Below are positions 40,597 to 51,254 of a stretch of DNA of 64,000 nt, in pieces. Under the pieces are notes generated by a model that saw only the letters and a list, made by a program, of their open reading frames with translations, did no database searches and was not told where the DNA came from. Position numbers and translations under genes: made by a program. Source of the DNA: Candidatus Poribacteria bacterium (lineage in GTDB: Bacteria > Poribacteria > WGA-4E > WGA-3G); contig OZ251518.1 of the NCBI GenBank assembly GCA_965242965.1, positions 5,440,001-5,504,000 on the forward strand, written 5' to 3'. Each line of letters begins with the position of its first letter. Position 1 is the first letter of the stretch.

Positions 40597-40820
40597 AGCA
40601 GGATTTCCAAGATTATGGAGCAGGATTTTCGAGATTTTCAGGATTAAGATTTTCAAGATTTCCGGGATTAGGAAGCGGGATTTTCAAGATTCTCAGGATT
40701 AGGATTTCCAAGATTTCTAGGATTAGGAAGCGGGATTTTCAAGATTCTCAGGATTAGGATTTCCAAAATTATGAAGCAAGATTTTCAAGATTTCCGGGAT
40801 TAGGATTTTCAAGATTTCCA
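40597..40820. repeat. low-complexity array of ~9-bp units (e.g. CARGATTTT)
   Basis: Repeated CAGGATTTT/CAAGATTTC/CAGGATTAG units; shorter tracts elsewhere in the window. Confidence 0.8.
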
Positions 40821-40896
40821 ATAAAAAAACCTATTGACACACGACAGGATTTTGACTATAATAATCGTAAATTCCGACTAAACATGGAGAAGCAGT

Positions 40897-43079
40897 ATGG
40901 GAAACCGAATTGCAATCGGGAATCTCAAGGTAGATGAAGGCTTATATGCATTGGTGAGAGACGAAATCGCGCCGGGCACCGGCATCGAAGCGGATGCGTT
41001 CTGGGAGGCATTCAGCGACATCGTCACGACGATGGCACTCGAAAACCGCGCGCTCTTGGATAAACGCGACGCGATGCAGCAGCAACTTGATGCGTGGCAC
41101 CTCGCGCGCAAAGGTGAACCGATAGACAGCGCGGCATACACCGCATTCCTTGCCGAAATTGGGTATCTGGTTCCGGAAGGCGAGAATTTTCGCGTAACGA
41201 CAGAGAACGTTGACTCGGAAATCGCCACCCTTTCCGGGCCACAACTTGTCGTTCCGACAGATAATGCGCGCTATGCGCTCAACGCCGCGAACGCCCGGTG
41301 GGGCAGTCTCTACGACGCGCTCTACGGCACCGATGTTATCAGCGAGGAAGATGGCGCGACGCGCGGCACCGACTATAACCCCATCCGCGGTGCGAAAGTC
41401 ATCGCCGAAACCGAGAAGTTTTTAGATGCCGCGGTCGGACTAGCATCGGGCAGTTTTTCTGACGTTACGCAATTTTCTCTCAAAGCGGTTGCGGGGCAGC
41501 AACAACTGCACGCGCGCCTCAACGATGGCGGTGAGGTTGGCTTGGCGGATGTCAATAAATTTGTCGGCTTCGCACGAGATAGCGATGAACTCCGCGCGAT
41601 TTTATTCCAAAACAACGGATTGCACATTGAAGTGCAGATTAACCGGGAACATCCCGTTGGCAAGGCGCATGCAGCCGGTGTAGTTGATGTCCTTCTGAAT
41701 CGGCGATAACGACAATTCAGGATTGTGAAGACTCTGTCGCCGCCGTGGATGCCGCCGATAAAGTCCAAGTCTATCGCAACTGGAACGGCATCATGCGAGG
41801 CACGCTGGAGACGACGTTCGAGAAAAACGGCAAGCCGCTCACGCGCCGCTTGGCACCAGATAAAACCTTCACCGCGCCTGATGGAAGCACGTTGACGTTG
41901 CCCGGGCGCAGTCTCCTCCTGATTCGGAACGTCGGACTCCATATTTATACGGATGCTGTCACGATGGCATATGGCAAGGAAATTCCGGAGGGGTTTTTAG
42001 ATGCGATGGTGACAACGTTCGCCGCCATGCACGATTTGCAGGGTAACGGCGAGTTCACGAATAGCCGAACGGGTAGCGTTTACATTGTCAAGCCGAAGTT
42101 CCACGGACCTGAAGAAGTCGCGTTCACGGTGCGGCTGTTTGAGCGGATAGAGTCCGCGCTTGGGCTCGCGCCAAATACCGTGAAAATCGGGATTATGGAT
42201 GAGGAACGGCGCACCACCGTCAACCTCAAGGCGTGCATCCGCGAGGCGAAGGCGCGCATCGTCTTTATCAACACCGGATTTTTGGATAGAACCGGCGATG
42301 AAATCCACACCAGTATGGAGGCGGGCGCGGTGATTCCGAAGATGGACATCCGCGACGAGCCGTGGATGCGTGCGTATGAAGATTGGAACGTTGATCTCGG
42401 CATTGAGACAGGATTGCCCGGCACTGCGCAAATCGGGAAGGGGATGTGGACGAAACCTGATGAGATGGCGGAGATGCTTGAGACGAAAGTGAATCATCCG
42501 TTAGCGGGTGCAACGACAGCGTGGGTCCCTTCCCCGACAGCGGCGACGCTCCACGCGATGCATTACCATCGTGTCAGCGTCGCAAAGCGGTTAGACGAAC
42601 TTTCCTTGCGAGAGCGCGCAAGTCTGGCAGACCTGTTGACTCCGCCACTTTTAGAGGAACGCGTTGTCTCTCCCGACGAAATTCAGCAGGAGTTGGATAA
42701 CAACGCGCAGGGCATCCTCGGCTATGTCGTGCGATGGGTAGAGCAGGGTATCGGCTGTTCAAAAATTCCGGATATCCACAACGTCGGTTTGATGGAAGAC
42801 CGGGCGACGCTGAGGATATCAAGTCAGCACATCGCGAATTGGCTGCACCACGGTATCGTTACGGAATCGCAAGTTACGGAGACGTTCCAGCGGATGGCGG
42901 CAGTCGTTGATGCACAGAACGCAGGCGATGCTGCATATCGGAATATGTCGCCGAATTATGCCGAAAGCATCGCGTTTCAGGCGGCGTTGGATCTGGTTTT
43001 CAAAGGGTGCGAGGTGCCGAACGGCTATACGGAGTTTGTGTTGCATCCGCGGCGGCGAGAGGTGAAGGCGAGGAAGTGA
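40897..43079 (+). pseudogene. glcB: malate synthase G split by a 1-nt frameshift (pseudogene or sequence error)
   Basis: [49 protein letters not shown]; the expected [17 protein letters not shown] lacks one G at ~41697. Confidence 0.88.
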
Positions 43080-43157
43080 ACGTTCGCGAGGGACGGGCCC
43101 TCGCGCTACGGTAGCCTCTGCCTTTTCTGTCGTTCTGTCGAGACCGGGAGGTATCTT

Positions 43158-44006
43158 CTAAAGCCGATAGAACTTCACGGCGTTATCGTGGAACAGGTTT
43201 CTTATCTCCTGCGGTGAGCATCCTGCAACTGCATCCTGCAACGTCTGCACCCAACGCGGATAGGTTGAGGCTTGCGTTGAGACGGGCCAGTCGCTGCCGT
43301 ATATCACCCGCTTGAAACCGAAGCAGGCGATGACATGCTCAATATAGGGCTGAAGGTGCGCCGGGGTCCATGCACCGTGGTCTGCCTCCGTTACCAACCC
43401 TGAGATTTTGCAATGGACGTTGGGGAATTCCGCCAGCGTTTCTATCTCCTGCTGCCACGGCTCAAGCCGTTGATTTTTGATGTCGGGTTTGCCGATATGA
43501 TCCAAGATAAATTGGATTTCGGGGCACTGCTCTACTAGCCGAATCGTATTGGCGAGCTGCGGGTGGAAGATACAGAGATCGAAACTCAATCCGTAGTCAG
43601 CGAGGGTTTTGACACCCCGCACGAAGTCAGGTTGGATGCAGAAATCGACGCTTTCGGATTGGATGAGGCGGCGAATGCCTTTGACGAGTGAATTCTCGGC
43701 GAGTTTCTCGACAAACGGCGCGACGCGCTCGCCTTCTTCCAGCGGTGCCCATGCCACGATGCCTTGAATTCTCGGGTCGGACGCGGCGAGGGAGGTTACC
43801 CACGCTGTTTCCTTCAGTCCGTCATCGGGATGCGTATCGCATTGCACGAAGACCACGGCTTCGACAGGCAGTTCGCCGTGCGCGGCGGTATAATCTGCTA
43901 GCAGATAGGGTTTGTTGAGCAGCGGTACGCTTTCCAGCCAAGGGTACCTGAGCTGCTCTGGGTGCCAAAGATGAACGTGTGTATCAATGATTGTGAGTTT
44001 TTCCAT
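43158..44006 (-). CDS. amidohydrolase_2 family (sugar lactonase-like)
   Basis: IDTHVHLW, LDHIGKP, CKISGL, GSDWPV. Confidence 0.88.
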   Translation of the reverse strand: MEKLTIIDTHVHLWHPEQLRYPWLESVPLLNKPYLLADYTAAHGELPVEAVVFVQCDTHPDDGLKETAWVTSLAASDPRIQGIVAWAPLEEGERVAPFVEKLAENSLVKGIRRLIQSESVDFCIQPDFVRGVKTLADYGLSFDLCIFHPQLANTIRLVEQCPEIQFILDHIGKPDIKNQRLEPWQQEIETLAEFPNVHCKISGLVTEADHGAWTPAHLQPYIEHVIACFGFKRVIYGSDWPVSTQASTYPRWVQTLQDAVAGCSPQEIRNLFHDNAVKFYRL

Positions 44007-44129
44007 CGGGTGCTCCTTATTTGGGGGCTATTTTAGCGGTTTTGCGTTGGATTGTCAAGAAGAAAATTTGACATGGGCAATGATGACATGCTATAATTGT
44101 GAAGCAGGACGCAGAATCCACATTTGGAC

Positions 44130-44831
44130 GAGAGTGTTTCATATCGCGATGCACACCCGTAGGCGCGCCCTCCCGGTCTTGATGTTCCCGTAGCGCGGGG
44201 GCCCTCGGATGCCATACGCGCATCCGAGCGGGTTTCCCCCGCGTTGTCCAGCGTCAAGAGATGGCGTTTTAGGTGCTTTAGCACCTACATGTCTATAGAA
44301 ACACGTGTCGTGCCATTTTCAAGGTCTTTTAAGACCTTAATAAAAAACACGCGCGGCCCTGGCAAAATCTATTAAGGACCTAAAGGACCTTAGGTTCTTC
44401 GCGGCGGCGTGCTATAGACATTAAGGTCCTACGGACCTAAGAGACGTTTTTTTTCGTAGCGCGGGTGCCTGTCCCCCGCGAGCGTTGGATTCCGCGGCAC
44501 GCACGATGGCGAGGGAAACCCGCTCGCATGCGCGTGTGGCATGCGAGGGCCCTCGCCCTACGGTGCGGGGGTGGCGTTTTTTTTCGTAGCGCGGGGGCCT
44601 GTCCCCCGCGATCGCCATCGTCACGATGTGTGTTTCCCCCGCTGTAGTTTGTGCTCGCCCGCTCCCGAACGGATCAGGATCAGGCGATCCTGATCTACAG
44701 GGATGATAAGGTCTGGCAGCAAGACGCATGGCGAGGGCCTGTCCCTCGCCCTACGGTGAGGGGAAGGCGTTTTTTTCATCGTAGCGCGAGGGCCTGTCAC
44801 CACGACGTTGGGCGATTTATGAAACACCCTG
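44130..44831. mobile_element. large composite MITE-like element packed with REPs
   Basis: GAGAGTGTTTCATA...TATGAAACACCCTG ends; no TSD seen. Confidence 0.55.
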
Positions 44832-44867
44832 GGTAAACTATCAAACATTCCTAACAAAGGAGAAAAT

Positions 44868-45668
44868 ATGTCAAAAAGACGAATCGTTCTAGTGGCAGGG
44901 AAGGCGAGCCACGGCGGCGGTGCGCATGAACACCCCGGCGGATGCAACCTCCTCGCCGATCTACTCAATAAAACCGATGCAGATGTTGAATCCGTTGTCT
45001 ATCAAGGTTGGCCAACCGATGCTGCCGCTTTTGATGATACGGCCGCTATCATCGTCTATTCAGATGGCGGCGCGAGGCACCTCTGCATCCCGCACCTCGC
45101 GCAGATTGCTGAACTCGCAGATAAAGGCATCGGCATCGCGATGTTGCACTATGCAGTTGAAGTGCCGAAAGGTGAACCGGGGGACCGCTTCCTCGATTGG
45201 ATCGGCGGCTATTTTGAGACGCACCTCTCTGTCAATCCGTATTGGACAGCGACGTTCACTTTGTTCCCGGAACACCCCACGACGCGCGGGATAGAGCCGT
45301 TTTCGTTAGAGGACGAGTGGTATTATCACATGCGGTTTCGTGAAAATATGCAGGGTGTCACGCCGTTATTGAGTGCCATCGCGCCTGAATCAACGCTGAC
45401 GAGACCGGACGGACCGCACAGCGGTAACCCGCACGTGCGCAAATCGGTTGCCAACGGCGAACCGCAACATCTGGCATGGTGCGTGGAGCGCGCAGATGGC
45501 GGCCGCGGTTTCGGATTTACCGGCGGACACCTGCACAGCAATTGGGCCGATGACCGGCTTCGCAAGTTCATCCTCAATGCCATCGCATGGACAGCGCAGG
45601 TGGAAGTTCCCGAAGGCGGCATTTCCACGCCGACACCAACAGCGGCGGAATTGGAGGGATATTTGTAA
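44868..45668 (+). CDS. ThuA-like domain protein
   Basis: SHGGGAHEH, LHYAV, DEWYY, GRGFGFTGGH. Confidence 0.8.
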   Translation: MSKRRIVLVAGKASHGGGAHEHPGGCNLLADLLNKTDADVESVVYQGWPTDAAAFDDTAAIIVYSDGGARHLCIPHLAQIAELADKGIGIAMLHYAVEVPKGEPGDRFLDWIGGYFETHLSVNPYWTATFTLFPEHPTTRGIEPFSLEDEWYYHMRFRENMQGVTPLLSAIAPESTLTRPDGPHSGNPHVRKSVANGEPQHLAWCVERADGGRGFGFTGGHLHSNWADDRLRKFILNAIAWTAQVEVPEGGISTPTPTAAELEGYL

Positions 45669-45884
45669 GGGTGGATTTCTACATCCATCCGTCCTGCCCG
45701 GTTACCGTAGTGCGAGGGCCTGTCCCTCGCAAGCTGTCCTACCACTTACCGTAGTGCGAGGGCCTGTCCCTCACAAGCTGTCCTACTACTTTCCGTAGTG
45801 CGAGGGCCTGTCCCTCGCAAGCCGCTGCACGACACGTTTAACGGTGCAGATTTCTATAACTGCCCATTTGACAGGAGCGAAAAC

Positions 45885-46745
45885 ATGAGCCAAGACTTAC
45901 AAGATTATCTCTTCGACCTGCAGGGGTATCTCATTTTACAAAACGCGCTCTCGGAGGAAGACCTCGGGGCGATTAACGGTTGGATCGATGCACACTGGGA
46001 ATACGTAGAAACCCCGTGGGAAACCGGCAATCTTGAAAACAGCCGGATGCCGCGCTGGCTCGGCAATATTGAGACGCACACCTACAATGTCGAAAATGGT
46101 GTGAATTTCCAGAATATCATTGAGGGTGGCGATGTCTTCGAGAAGCTGATCGATCATCCGGCGTGGATTCATCTCGTCCAGAAATACATCCATTCCGAAG
46201 TCAACGGGCTTTCCATCCACGAGAATTTCCTGAATGTGCGCGGCAAAGGCGGTTTCATCCATATCCACTGCGGTGGACATGTCCCGCTGAGTTACCTCAC
46301 TTTCAGGCAGGAAAATACCGGCGAATGGATGGTTGGGCAGATTAACGTGCTGATGGCACTCAACGACATCGGACCCGGGGATGGCCCGCCCGTGCTGGTT
46401 CCGAGCAGCCACAAATGCACGGAGATCCACCCACGTTTGGAACAAGATGGCAAGGGTTTGGTTTACGATGGCATCACCGGGAAACCGGCGGGCACCGCCG
46501 TCGCGACGAAGGAGATTTATCTGAAGGCAGGTGATGTGGTAATGTTTACGGATGCGATTACGCACGGTTCGGCGGAACGCACTAATCCGGGGTATCGCCG
46601 TTCGATCGTCTACCGTTATTCGCCGAGGTATGTCCGCGAGCGTTTTGACTATCCGCATTCGGCGGAGTTATTGGCCCGGTTGACACCGGCGCAGCGTAAG
46701 ATTATCCAACCGATGTCGCCGCGTCGGCCGCCGGAGGTTAGGTAA
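45885..46745 (+). CDS. phytanoyl-CoA dioxygenase family (Fe/2OG) protein
   Basis: YLFDLQGYL, GPGDG..LVPSSHK, KAGDVVMF..AITHG; AGGAG RBS. Confidence 0.82.
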   Translation: MSQDLQDYLFDLQGYLILQNALSEEDLGAINGWIDAHWEYVETPWETGNLENSRMPRWLGNIETHTYNVENGVNFQNIIEGGDVFEKLIDHPAWIHLVQKYIHSEVNGLSIHENFLNVRGKGGFIHIHCGGHVPLSYLTFRQENTGEWMVGQINVLMALNDIGPGDGPPVLVPSSHKCTEIHPRLEQDGKGLVYDGITGKPAGTAVATKEIYLKAGDVVMFTDAITHGSAERTNPGYRRSIVYRYSPRYVRERFDYPHSAELLARLTPAQRKIIQPMSPRRPPEVR

Positions 46746-48236
46746 TTGTCACCACAGAAAACCCTCTGGGGCGGCCGATTCAGCACCAGCCTCACTACCG
46801 AAACCGTCGCCTTCACCCAGTCCGTTGCGGCAGACACGCGCCTGATCGGATACGACATCTGGGGCAGCCAAGCGCATGCGATTATGCTCGCACGGCAAGG
46901 TATCATCGCGGAAGAGGACTTGCGCGAGATTTTGCGCTGGCTGCAAAAGGCAGAAGAGGATTTCAAAAACGGCACGCTGACGCTTGAGCCGAGTAAAGAA
47001 GACGTGCACATGAACGTTGAATCGTATCTTATTGAGAACGCGGGACGCGAATTCGGCGGAAAACTCCACACCGCACGTTCTCGGAATGACCAGGTGCTTG
47101 TTGACGCGCGCCTCTACATTCGGGAAGAAATCCTCAACGTCCAGCGCGGCCTCTCCGCACTTTGCGATGCGTTCCTTAAGATTGCTGAGGAGCATACCGA
47201 AACCGTGATGCCCGGCTATACGCATACGCAACATGCGCAGCCGATTAGCCTCGGTTTTTGGGCGAGTGCCTACGTGAGCATGTTCCTCCGGGACCAGAAG
47301 CGGTTGCATTCCGCCTACGCGCTTGCCAATACAAACCCACTCGGTGCGTGCGCCTTGGCAGGCACGACTTTTCCCATCGACCGGCACCTCACAACAAAGC
47401 TGCTTGGTTTTGACGCGCCGCATGAACACGCTCTTGACGTTATCAGCAGTCGTGATTTCATCGCGGAGACACTCTTCGCGCTGTCGTTAGTCATGGCAAA
47501 CCTTTCGCGAATTAGCGAAGAGATTGTCTATTGGACGACGTATGAATTCGGGATGGCGGTGCTTGACGATGCCTATAGTTTCGGGAGTTCCATCATGCCG
47601 CAGAAAAAGAATCCTGACATCGCGGAGCTCACGCGAGGCCGTACCGGGCGTGTTTACGGGGCCCTGTTCGATCTCCTGACAAATCTCAAGGGGTTGCCGA
47701 TGGGTTACAACCGAGATTTTCAGGAGGACAAGCCGCCCTTGTGGGAGGCGTTTGACATCGTCAAGGCGTGCCTCGGAGTGCTACCGGAACTGCTTGGGAC
47801 GACAGATTTCCGCGAAGAACGGATGGCAGAATTGGCGAACGCCAACTTTGCAACGGCGACAGAATTGGCGAATTATCTCGTCACGGAACACGACATCAGT
47901 TTCCGAGAATGCCACGAGATTGTCGGATGGCTCGTCGGGGAATTGGTGAAGCAAGACAAGACGTTCGCTGACTGGGAAGCAACGCAGTGCCTGCTGAAGG
48001 AAAAAGGCATTGAGATTCCGATTGCGCAACTGCAACAGATTCTGGATGCGGCGTTGGCAATCCGCAACAACCGAAGCCTCGGCGGCACGTCTCCCGATGA
48101 AGTGTATCGGATGTGCGAGGTGTTTGAAGAGCAGTTGAACGAAATCGCGTTGCAAATCTACACTCGTCAAACGCAGATTGACGATGCCCACCGCGAGACG
48201 CTGCGAACGGTTGAAGAGGTTCTGAAGCAGGATTAA
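46746..48236 (+). CDS. argH: argininosuccinate lyase
   Basis: LWGGRF, HTARSRNDQV, MPGYTH, GSSIMPQKKNPD. Confidence 0.95.
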   Translation: MSPQKTLWGGRFSTSLTTETVAFTQSVAADTRLIGYDIWGSQAHAIMLARQGIIAEEDLREILRWLQKAEEDFKNGTLTLEPSKEDVHMNVESYLIENAGREFGGKLHTARSRNDQVLVDARLYIREEILNVQRGLSALCDAFLKIAEEHTETVMPGYTHTQHAQPISLGFWASAYVSMFLRDQKRLHSAYALANTNPLGACALAGTTFPIDRHLTTKLLGFDAPHEHALDVISSRDFIAETLFALSLVMANLSRISEEIVYWTTYEFGMAVLDDAYSFGSSIMPQKKNPDIAELTRGRTGRVYGALFDLLTNLKGLPMGYNRDFQEDKPPLWEAFDIVKACLGVLPELLGTTDFREERMAELANANFATATELANYLVTEHDISFRECHEIVGWLVGELVKQDKTFADWEATQCLLKEKGIEIPIAQLQQILDAALAIRNNRSLGGTSPDEVYRMCEVFEEQLNEIALQIYTRQTQIDDAHRETLRTVEEVLKQD

Positions 48237-48853
48237 CAGGATTTGCAAGATTTCCAACTAGTCTCGATGCCTCCCAGTAGGAGAGACCTCCTGGTCTCGA
48301 TTTTTCCCGGTAGGAGAGACCTCCCGGTCTCGATGCATTCGGGGGTTCCCGTAGTGCGAGGGCCTGTCCCTCGCCGAGCCAAAATTCTCCTTTCACCGTA
48401 TCGCGGTGGGAAAACCTGTCCCTCGCGATTCCTTCTGTCTGGAGCAGGATTTGCAAGATATGAGCAGGATTTGCAAGATTTTCAAGATTAGCAGGATTAG
48501 GGGTTTTTATCGCGCCGAAATGTCTCTTTAGGTCTGTTAAGTCCTGCATGTCTGTAGCACAATCGGACATCAGCAGTCCTAAGGTCCGTTAGGACCTTAA
48601 TCCGAAGCCGCATGGTTGTTTGACGAAAGCGGCTTGCGTTCCCTATTGTCTGAATCAGGATTTACAGGATTAGAGGATTTCCAAGATTAGGGAATCTGTG
48701 CAGTCAATATCCTTTGGAATTCTGTCTGCATTTCCGATATGCCGCGCTGACGAAAAATGCCTTTAGGTCCGTAGGACCTTAATGTCTATAGAAAAACAGA
48801 CCGCGAAGAATTCTAAGGTCCGGAAGCCCTTAATGTGGAGATGCATTTTTCCC

Positions 48854-48882
48854 TTGACAAACGGGATTTTATCTGCTATAAT
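48854..48882 (+). promoter_or_regulatory. consensus sigma70 promoter
   Basis: TTGACA-17 bp-TATAAT with extended TG. Confidence 0.8.
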
Positions 48883-48902
48883 TTTTGTTACGAAATATGC
48901 AT

Positions 48903-49007
48903 GAATGCCCAATTAGCCGGAGACATACGGTTTTCGGTTTTCGTGCTGCTTCTACTCTCGTTCTCCCGCGGAGGGAGAGGGGACTTACGACATTAATTGG
49001 GTAATTC
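48903..49007 (+). ncRNA. candidate structured leader RNA (multibranch)
   Basis: Closing stem 48906-48915/48994-49003 encloses hairpins 48916-48938 and 48961-48979. Confidence 0.45.
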
Positions 49008-49022
49008 AAAGGAGATTAAATT

Positions 49023-50720
49023 GTGAATTTAGATAAGGAACGGGAGCGGTTATCACAAGCGGCTAACTTGGAGTGGCTTCGACGCGACTGGAAAATGTCT
49101 GAGATGATTACCGTAGACCTGTCACATGAACATCCTTTGCAAGGACATTTCATCCATCAGTGTGCTCTGATTCCACAAGATTTGGTTGGCCTAGAATTTT
49201 CCAAAGCAACTTTGGAAGAGACACGTTTGTATAATGGTGGGGTTCCCGCAGCTTTTTCCCCTACATGGGGCAGTGAAGGACAGGTGGAATACTTCCGTTA
49301 TGGAGTTGAAAACGGTGTTGAACCTCTGATTATTAGGCGTTATTTCCATGGACTCCGAGAGGGCTACAAGGAGATATCGGAGGAGTTCCGCCACTTCCAC
49401 CGGCTCTATCACGATAGGAAAACGGATAAGTACATCAAAATTGATGATGCTGGAAATGAAGAGGTAGTGGCTGTTGTTCAGCCCAACCAGATTGATATCC
49501 GGCTTAAGGAGATTCGCCAGTTTTTAGCTGTCAAACAGATGTTCCTATCAATTTGTTTTGAGTTTACTGAGTACTCGGAACACTCGCTGGAAGATCTTGG
49601 AATTGACTCAGATTCGGGGAGCGATCTCCAGCGCGATAACGATAGGCTTCTGTGTTGGACGCATTACTATGGGGACTACAGTTATGCATCCCGCAAATCG
49701 TTTAGCAGGTTGATGGGAAAACGGCTCATCAAACCGCTCCCAAAGTCCAAGAGCGGATTCGGGGATTTTGCGGAGCAAGGTAGGGAGTATGTCGAGTTCA
49801 TCTTTGACGTTGACGAAAATGGAGATGGAATTTGTCATACGTGCGACCCAGATAAACTGGATTTTCCTAAGAGAAATCCAGATGCTCCTTTCCATCTGAT
49901 TCCTATCCACTTTTCCAAGAAGGTTTTAGATAAGTATTACAACGAACCCGGCAAATATACGGTGCGGGATTCTGAGGTGAGTTGTGGTTCGCTGTGGTAT
50001 GTGAAAATCGACAACCATGCCCCGGACAAAGTCTGCGTGATGTTCCGTGATCTGTGCTATCTGCCTTACACGGAGCAACTCCATTGGCGGGTGCACAACG
50101 TTCTGCCGGAAGGCGGGGTGAGTGAAACGTTCTATGGGCGCAACATTGATGGGCTGTGGATGAATTCAGATCAGCCGGATCTCTTGTTCAAACAACATTA
50201 TGAACTCTTGCAAAGGACTTGTGACGAATGTCTGGGGTGGCAATTGTTGAAGCCCCTCGGTCCTGGAGACGAGTACCGCCTCAAGCGCATAAGGGTTCCT
50301 GCCGTTGACGAGGAATCCGATTTTAAAGATTTGGTATCAGATCTCACAAGCGTATTAATCGACAAATCGCTCAACGAAAAACGCTTGAAGGATTTGATTC
50401 CGGTTGCCGAGCGAAAGAAGGGTGAAAGGAGCATCAGCCTCCTTGAATCGGCTTTCAAGTGCCGCGGTGTCGCCGGAAGTGAGAAGCATATTCGCTTCCT
50501 CCGTTCTCTTTGGGATTTGCGGACGACTCGCAGTAGTGCGCATCCTGAAATCCTAGAGGACCCAAGGTATGAAAAAGCCGCTAAGCATTTTGAGCTTGAT
50601 AATCTGAATTGCAGCGCGGCGTTCTCCAAAATTCTTGAGCAGGCTGTGGCATTTCTTGAATTCCTCACCGGTGTCGTGCGTAGCGGCAAACTCGGCGATA
50701 AAAACGGTGGCGATAGTTGA
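49023..50720 (+). CDS. uncharacterised 565-aa protein with a C-terminal R-x6-H (HEPN-like) motif
   Basis: Long ORF with AAAGGAG RBS, more AT-rich than neighbours; LRTTRSSAH in a helical C-terminal region. Confidence 0.65.
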   Translation: MNLDKERERLSQAANLEWLRRDWKMSEMITVDLSHEHPLQGHFIHQCALIPQDLVGLEFSKATLEETRLYNGGVPAAFSPTWGSEGQVEYFRYGVENGVEPLIIRRYFHGLREGYKEISEEFRHFHRLYHDRKTDKYIKIDDAGNEEVVAVVQPNQIDIRLKEIRQFLAVKQMFLSICFEFTEYSEHSLEDLGIDSDSGSDLQRDNDRLLCWTHYYGDYSYASRKSFSRLMGKRLIKPLPKSKSGFGDFAEQGREYVEFIFDVDENGDGICHTCDPDKLDFPKRNPDAPFHLIPIHFSKKVLDKYYNEPGKYTVRDSEVSCGSLWYVKIDNHAPDKVCVMFRDLCYLPYTEQLHWRVHNVLPEGGVSETFYGRNIDGLWMNSDQPDLLFKQHYELLQRTCDECLGWQLLKPLGPGDEYRLKRIRVPAVDEESDFKDLVSDLTSVLIDKSLNEKRLKDLIPVAERKKGERSISLLESAFKCRGVAGSEKHIRFLRSLWDLRTTRSSAHPEILEDPRYEKAAKHFELDNLNCSAAFSKILEQAVAFLEFLTGVVRSGKLGDKNGGDS

Positions 50721-51254
50721 CCTGCACTTCGGTGCAACGGGCGGAGAGAGACATCCGCCCTTAACACCGAAAAAGAAACCCACACATCAACGAGAAACCC
50801 TAATCCTGAAAATCCTCTAATCTTGCAAATCCGCGATTCAGACAATAGGGGAATACGCCGCTTGCAACCATGCCCATGCGCTTAACATTAAAGTGAGGGG
50901 GTTTCATAAATCGCTCAACGTCGCGGTGACATGCCCCCGCGCTACGATGAAAAAGAACCTCTTGTAAATCCGCGATTCAAACAAAAACTTTGACGAAAAG
51001 CACCAAATTTGCTACAATAGCGTTGTTTGCCGAGATAACCGATGAACAAGATGAACAGGTTAGTTACCGTAGGGCGAGGGCCTTTCCCTCGCTGGGCGGC
51101 GGTATTAACAGAAAACGTCCAGCTGTCCCCGTTCACCGTAGGGCGAGGGCCTTTCCCTCTCCTTGCATCGAAATCCGAATGAGGGCGGATGTCCGTATCC
51201 ACCCTCTTCAGTGGGAGAGACCTCCCGGTCCCGATACACAAAAGGAGAAATTGA

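Noticed and set aside
48903-49007. Retron msr-msd, or a homolog of the DUF3800 RNA (shared GCCGG..AGAC/ATACG/GTTTTCGG words)
   Set aside because: No reverse transcriptase nearby; the similarity is too short to claim homology without a covariance search.
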